64,000 bases of DNA, from contig CAJJCZ010000009.1 in the NCBI GenBank assembly GCA_905182795.1, positions 11,437 to 75,436 on the forward strand, written 5' to 3'. Shown here piece after piece: positions 59,654 to 64,000 of the stretch. The position numbers and the translations under genes were made by a program. The notes beneath the pieces are model-generated. The model was not told the origin of the DNA and made no database searches. It saw nothing but the letters and a program-made list of their open reading frames with translations. The DNA is from an uncultured bacterium. Its GTDB lineage: Bacteria > Fidelibacterota > Marinisomatia > Marinisomatales > Marinisomataceae. Position 1 is the first letter of the stretch; every line of letters begins with the position of its first letter.

Positions 59654-60602
59654 GGCCCTTTTCTTTCATCCAATCGTCTGAAAGAAACTTTCTCATATAA
59701 TTTCGAATACTATCAGGTAGTATTATTAGGCAGTTCTGCCCTTTTTTGAGATCTTTTGCGGCCTCTAAGGCTGCAAATGTTGCAGAACCACATGAACCCC
59801 CAATTAATAGACCTTCCTCACTTATAAGTGCTCTTGCGGTACTAAATGCTTCCTTGTCATTTACTTTGACAAATTTATCGACAACAGAAGGATCAAATGT
59901 CTTTGGAAGAAAGTCATAACCAATACCTTCAACATGATAAGGGGATCCTTTATATTCATCTTCACCACCCAATATAGAACCATAAGGATCGGCACCTATA
60001 ATTTGAATATCTGGAATGGATTCTTTAAGGCGCTTTCCTACACCGGTAATAGTTCCACCAGTTCCAACACCCATTACAGCCATATGTAAATTAGTACCAA
60101 AGTCATCTAATATCTCTTGAGACGTATGCTTATAATGTACATCTGGATTGCAAGGATTTTCCCACTGATCAAGAATGTGACTATTTGGAATTTCTTTATT
60201 CAATTTTTTTGCTATACCAAAATTACTGTCATCTTCATTGTGAGAAGCTTCTGTTCTGGTACGTATAATTTCTGCACCTAAGGCTTTGATTGTTATTTCT
60301 TTCTCCATACTCATTTTTTTTGGCATGCATATAATCAGTCGATATCCTTTAACAGCAGCAGCGATTGCAAGTCCAATACCTGTATTGCCTGATGTTGCTT
60401 CAATTAAAGTGTCTCCAGGTTTAATTCTTCCAGATTTTTCAGCACAATCAATCATACAGAAAGCAGTACGATCCTTGAGAGAGCTTCCCGGATTAAACAT
60501 CTCAAGTTTTGCGTAGAGGTTGCACTCTAATTCTGAGCCAATAGAATTAAGTTTTACAATAGGAGTAGAGCCGACAGTTTCAAGGATATTGTTATAAATC
60601 AT
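59646..60602 (-). CDS. PLP-dependent cystathionine beta-synthase catalytic core (CBS/CysK family)
   Basis: NPGSSLKDR, EATSGNTG, GVGTGGT, DPYGSIL, VEGIGYDF, LPDSIRNYM.KFLSDDWM. Confidence 0.85.
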   Translation of the reverse strand: MIYNNILETVGSTPIVKLNSIGSELECNLYAKLEMFNPGSSLKDRTAFCMIDCAEKSGRIKPGDTLIEATSGNTGIGLAIAAAVKGYRLIICMPKKMSMEKEITIKALGAEIIRTRTEASHNEDDSNFGIAKKLNKEIPNSHILDQWENPCNPDVHYKHTSQEILDDFGTNLHMAVMGVGTGGTITGVGKRLKESIPDIQIIGADPYGSILGGEDEYKGSPYHVEGIGYDFLPKTFDPSVVDKFVKVNDKEAFSTARALISEEGLLIGGSCGSATFAALEAAKDLKKGQNCLIILPDSIRNYMRKFLSDDWMKEKGLI

Positions 60603-60613
60603 GGTTTAATATT

Positions 60614-60648
60614 AAAAAAAAAGGAGGCGAAAAGCCCCCTCTTTTTTT
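60614..60648 (-). terminator. Intrinsic terminator directly upstream of the CBS gene
   Basis: Minus strand GGGGGC-TTTTC-GCCTCC followed by T9. On the plus strand the stem has an A-C mismatch, so it is better formed on the minus strand. Confidence 0.8.
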
Positions 60649-60660
60649 AAAGAAAGTTAA

Positions 60661-60750
60661 TTATATCAATAAATCATAAAAAAAGTGATCAACAATATCA
60701 TTAAATCTATCTATTCCATTGTTAAATGGTTTTCATTTTATTAAACTCAT
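60661..60750 (-). pseudogene. 30-codon mini-ORF with an internal TGA, resembling an Hsp20 N-terminus (relic or leader peptide)
   Basis: MSLIK*KPFNNGIDRFNDIVDHFFYDLLI*, lying between a promoter and a terminator. Confidence 0.4.
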
Positions 60751-60760
60751 TTCGTTAAAA

Positions 60761-60789
60761 AGTATAAAAAAAGATAGAGAGTTTATGAA
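60761..60789 (-). promoter_or_regulatory. Putative sigma70-type promoter facing the mini-ORF and CBS
   Basis: Minus strand TTCATA-N17-TATACT; the -35 overlaps the tldD start codon. Confidence 0.5.
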
Positions 60790-62218
60790 TTTTAAAAATA
60801 TTTTATCAAAAACAAACGTACCTGCCGATTGGATTGGTATTAGATATGTCGAAGAAATACAAAATGTCCTATCAACAAAAAAATTATCCCTAGATAACGT
60901 TCAAAGAAATGTCACTAAAGGCGTAATGATTGATGTACTTGTAGACGGACAGTTTTCATATTATGCAACTCCATTCCTTGACGAATCTCATATATTGGAA
61001 TGCATAAAGATTGCATATAATAACGCAAAACTAGCTTCAAAGTACTCTGTATTTAAATTTGATCAATCTACAGTGCGACAAGGTTTTACCGGAGAGTATA
61101 ATACTAAGCTAGAAACTCCTTTAAGCGACTTATCTGTTACTGACATTCAAGATATCGCATTATTAGGCTCTAAAACTTTAATGAATCACGATAAAATTGT
61201 TCATGCAGCTACAACAATTGAGCTGGTAGAAAGAACAACAGATATTGTGAGTACATCAGGTGCAGATATCCATCAAAAAATGGATATTGTATTAGTTGAA
61301 TTATCTTCAACTGCCCAGAATAAATACGACTCTCAAACTAGAAGTAATCATGGGATGAGAGGGCACTGCTTCCAAGCAGGCGCAGAATTCTTAAAAGATT
61401 ATAATATAGAAGATGAAGCTAATCAAATTTCAATCCAAGCATTAGAGCTATTAAATGCTGAACAATGTCCTACAGAAATGATGGATTTAGTACTAGCTCC
61501 AGATCAGATGATGTTACAAATCCATGAGAGTGTTGGGCATCCACTTGAACTTGATAGAATCTTAGGAGATGAAAGAAATTTTGCAGGTTCAAGTTTTGTT
61601 AACCTCGATGATTTTGGTTCTTTGCAATATGGTTCAGAGCTGATGAATATTGTTTTTGATCCGACCATTCATAATCAATTGGCTACTTATAGCTTTGATG
61701 ATGGAGGAATGCCTGCAGAAAAAGAGCATTTAATTAAAGATGGCGTTTTGGTCAGAGGACTTGGAGGAATTGAAAGTCAAATTCGATCAGGTGTAAACGG
61801 TGTTTCAAATTTAAGAGCATCTTCATGGAATAGAATTCCGATAGATCGAATGGCTAACATTAATCTTGAAGTAGGGCAGTCAACAAGAGATGAAATTATT
61901 GGTAGCGTCGAAAGAGGCGTGTATATGGAGAGTAATCGTTCGTGGTCAATTGATGATTACAGGAACAAGTTTCAGTTTGGTTGTGAGTATGGACGTCTTA
62001 TCGAAGACGGTGTATTAACTAGAGTGGTTAAAAATCCAAATTACAGAGGTATTACTAATCCATTTTGGAGAAGTCTATCTATGGTGGGCGATTTAGACAC
62101 ATTTGAAGTTTTTGGTACGCCTAATTGCGGTAAAGGAGAACCAAATCAAGTAGAAAGAGTTGGACATGCTTCTCCTTTATGCAAGTTTGATAAAACACAA
62201 GTTTTTGGAGGAGTATAA
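60785..62218 (+). CDS. tldD: TldD-family metalloprotease, catalytic subunit
   Basis: HESVGH (HExxxH), DRMAN, SWSIDD.R..FQFGCE, C-terminal CGKG.P; start moved to ATG 60785. Confidence 0.88.
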   Translation: MNFKNILSKTNVPADWIGIRYVEEIQNVLSTKKLSLDNVQRNVTKGVMIDVLVDGQFSYYATPFLDESHILECIKIAYNNAKLASKYSVFKFDQSTVRQGFTGEYNTKLETPLSDLSVTDIQDIALLGSKTLMNHDKIVHAATTIELVERTTDIVSTSGADIHQKMDIVLVELSSTAQNKYDSQTRSNHGMRGHCFQAGAEFLKDYNIEDEANQISIQALELLNAEQCPTEMMDLVLAPDQMMLQIHESVGHPLELDRILGDERNFAGSSFVNLDDFGSLQYGSELMNIVFDPTIHNQLATYSFDDGGMPAEKEHLIKDGVLVRGLGGIESQIRSGVNGVSNLRASSWNRIPIDRMANINLEVGQSTRDEIIGSVERGVYMESNRSWSIDDYRNKFQFGCEYGRLIEDGVLTRVVKNPNYRGITNPFWRSLSMVGDLDTFEVFGTPNCGKGEPNQVERVGHASPLCKFDKTQVFGGV

Positions 62219-63559
62219 ATGAAAAATGAGATATATAATTCAATATGTTCTCAGGTTTACGCTACCTTAAAAGAAGGCGAAAGCTTAACAATCTATATGG
62301 AAGGTGAAAATTCCCAATATTTTAGATTCAACGATTCAAAGATCCGTCAAACTGGGATTATCGAAGATTATAAAGTAACACTTTCCCTGTATCATGGAAA
62401 AAAATCACTTCAAGCAACAACAACAATTTCTTCTGATATAAATTATTCTGTCAAAAATCTAACATCAGAAATTAATTCATTACGAGATCCATTGTCGTTG
62501 ATACCTGATAATAATTTTACAGTATTCCCTACAAAATTTGATTCACTGGAAATGCATCGGAAAGGGAAACTTCCTAATAGGGAAGAAATACTAGATAGTT
62601 TAATGGACGTTATCGATAAAGATAACTTAACTGGAGTATGGACTTCAGGTAAGATTTTTAGAGCTTCATCTACTTCTGAAGGCGTAAGTCACTGGTTTGA
62701 GAAAGATTCATTTATTTTTGATTTCTCCCTCATTGATGCAAAAGAAAATATGGTAAAAATCTTATACCCCGGCTCAGATTGGAATAAAGATAAATTTACT
62801 GCAGTATTTAATGATGCATCTGACAAGCTTAAGCTAATGGATAAGTCGAAGATAGAGTTGAAGCCTGGTAAATATAGGGTTTGGTTTGAACCTCACGCTG
62901 TGGCAGACTTTGTTGATATGTTAAATTGGAATGGAGTCAGTGAATCTTCATTAAGAAATGGATCAAGCTCTTTATTGAAAATGAGAAATGACAATGTGAA
63001 ACTATCAGAGATGTTTTCTCTTGATGAATCATTTGATAGAAAATCTACATCTCCTTTTAATTCTCGCGCTGAGGTATCAGGTAATGTTAGTATTATTAAG
63101 AATGGAGAATTGGAAAATACATTAATTAATTCTAAAACTGCACTTGAATATGGATTGGATTCGAATTATGCTGAAGATACAAATTCATGGGGCATGGGCG
63201 AGTACTTAAGAGCTCCATTAATGCATGGAGGTAATATTAAGCTCAATGAAAGACTTGAAAGGTTGGGTACAGGTATATTTATTTCAAATATCCATTATCT
63301 TAATTGGAGCGATAATCTTGGAGGTCGAATTACTGGCTTAACTAGATATGCCTGCTATTGGGTTGAAGATGGAAAAATGATAGCTCCAATCAAAACAATG
63401 CGATTTGACGATTCTTTTTATAATTTTTTTGGTAGCAATTTAGAGGGTGTTGGCGAAGAGGTACTGTCTAGACCTGTAATTGAGACTTATGATGGGAGAA
63501 ATCCAGGAGAAACTACCTGTCCAGGAATATTAGTTAATGATTTTGAATTAACTCTCTAA
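62219..63559 (+). CDS. TldE/PmbA-family non-catalytic partner
   Basis: L.PGKY.V.FEP.AV, YLNWSD....RITGLTR, MRFDDS; no HExxH; abuts tldD. Confidence 0.82.
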   Translation: MKNEIYNSICSQVYATLKEGESLTIYMEGENSQYFRFNDSKIRQTGIIEDYKVTLSLYHGKKSLQATTTISSDINYSVKNLTSEINSLRDPLSLIPDNNFTVFPTKFDSLEMHRKGKLPNREEILDSLMDVIDKDNLTGVWTSGKIFRASSTSEGVSHWFEKDSFIFDFSLIDAKENMVKILYPGSDWNKDKFTAVFNDASDKLKLMDKSKIELKPGKYRVWFEPHAVADFVDMLNWNGVSESSLRNGSSSLLKMRNDNVKLSEMFSLDESFDRKSTSPFNSRAEVSGNVSIIKNGELENTLINSKTALEYGLDSNYAEDTNSWGMGEYLRAPLMHGGNIKLNERLERLGTGIFISNIHYLNWSDNLGGRITGLTRYACYWVEDGKMIAPIKTMRFDDSFYNFFGSNLEGVGEEVLSRPVIETYDGRNPGETTCPGILVNDFELTL

Positions 63560-63570
63560 ATATTTATATT
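63543..63570 (+). promoter_or_regulatory. Putative promoter of tRNA-Cys/tRNA-Leu
   Basis: TTGAAT-N16-TATATT, with the -35 inside the tldE-like 3' end. Confidence 0.5.
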
Positions 63571-63597
63571 GGCACGTTCAACTTTTTAAAAAAGTTT

Positions 63598-63671
63598 GGC
63601 GTCGTACCCAAGTGGTCTAAGGGATCGGTTTGCAAAACCGCTATTCGTCGGTTCGAATCCGACCGACGCCT
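63598..63671 (+). tRNA. tRNA-Cys(GCA)
   Basis: GGCGTCG/CGACGCC; anticodon loop TT GCA AA; U73 discriminator. Confidence 0.93.
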
Positions 63672-63686
63672 CTTAAAAACTTTGTT

Positions 63687-63775
63687 GCCCGGGTGGTGAA
63701 ATTGGTAGACACAAGGGACTTAAAATCCCTCGGAGATTAAACTCCGTGCCGGTTCGAGTCCGGCCCCGGGCACCA
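63687..63775 (+). tRNA. tRNA-Leu(TAA) with encoded CCA
   Basis: GCCCGGG/CCCGGGC, A73-CCA; AGGGA-CT TAA AA-TCCCT; long variable arm. Confidence 0.95.
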
Positions 63776-63796
63776 CTACTTCATGGAAACTTACAT

Positions 63797-64000
63797 ATGA
63801 CTCATTTTATCTTTTTTCACGGGATTGGTATCAGATCTCCATTTTGGAACAGTATTGTTCCAAAGCTAGAAGAGAAATCTCTTAATTATTCATTGATTGA
63901 TTTAGATTTTTCTTCTCTTGATAATGCCTTCAAATCATCTAGAGCTTCCGTTAAAGATATTATTAAAAAATATCCGGATAGAGATATTGTTATTATTGGA
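63797..64000 (+). CDS. Alpha/beta hydrolase, 3'-truncated by the window edge (not in ORF track)
   Basis: Translated by hand: MTHFIFFHGIGIRSPFWNSIVPKL...IDL...DIVIIG. HG oxyanion motif; the window ends at the start of the expected GxSxG. Confidence 0.7.
   Translation, partial: MTHFIFFHGIGIRSPFWNSIVPKLEEKSLNYSLIDLDFSSLDNAFKSSRASVKDIIKKYPDRDIVIIG

Noticed and set aside
60733-60735. TGA recoded as Trp or Sec genome-wide
   Set aside because: TGA is the stop in many ATGA/GTGA overlaps here, long genes have no in-frame TGA, and tRNA-Trp has a CCA anticodon. Standard code 11 fits.
60719-60784. Longer TTG start for tldD given in the ORF track
   Set aside because: The extension is low-complexity and overlaps the divergent promoter; ATG 60785 is more plausible.
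63580-63596. AACTTTTTAAAAAAGTT palindrome before tRNA-Cys
   Set aside because: Almost all A/T, weak, and expected by chance at this composition.
1-64000. Prophage, IS, integron, defence system or rRNA
   Set aside because: No integrase, transposase, phage structural, nuclease-defence or rRNA-like sequence was recognised; nearly all bases are accounted for by housekeeping genes.

Overview
A very AT-rich (roughly 30% GC by eye), tightly packed core-genome window from a streamlined bacterium of the FCB group. The best guess is marine Marinimicrobia/SAR406; this is an inference from the FCB-type RpoB/RpoC insertions, the DUF4321-tatA-gatA and batABCDE gene order, and the low GC. Gene order: htrA (partial)-DUF4321-tatA-gatA-batABCDE-SPOR-yebC-ruvC-ruvA-gcvT-ftsK-lolA-like-gmhB-ddl-cysS; then a tRNA cluster and a ~29 kb translation/transcription superoperon (tuf, rpmG, secE, nusG, rplKAJL, rpoBC, str, S10, spc, alpha); then an msrC-like GAF gene, an orphan sulfotransferase and tRNA-Met; gdhA-pgk-tpiA-secG-tRNA-Leu; TPR-HAD-acpS-murA; trkAH-uvrC; a cystathionine beta-synthase; a TldD/TldE pair; tRNA-Cys, tRNA-Leu and a partial alpha/beta hydrolase. 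I saw no CRISPR array, transposase, integrase or phage gene, and I cannot support a large novel multi-gene system. The best leads are smaller: (1) a promoter, a TGA-interrupted Hsp20-like mini-ORF and a strong terminator stacked directly upstream of the CBS gene; (2) probable non-canonical start codons for ddl (ATC) and uvrC (ATA); (3) repeated loss of Zn and Fe-S ligands (L33, L36, S14, S4, GmhB, UvrC); (4) a sulfotransferase wedged antisense between tRNA-Met and msrC with no intergenic space.
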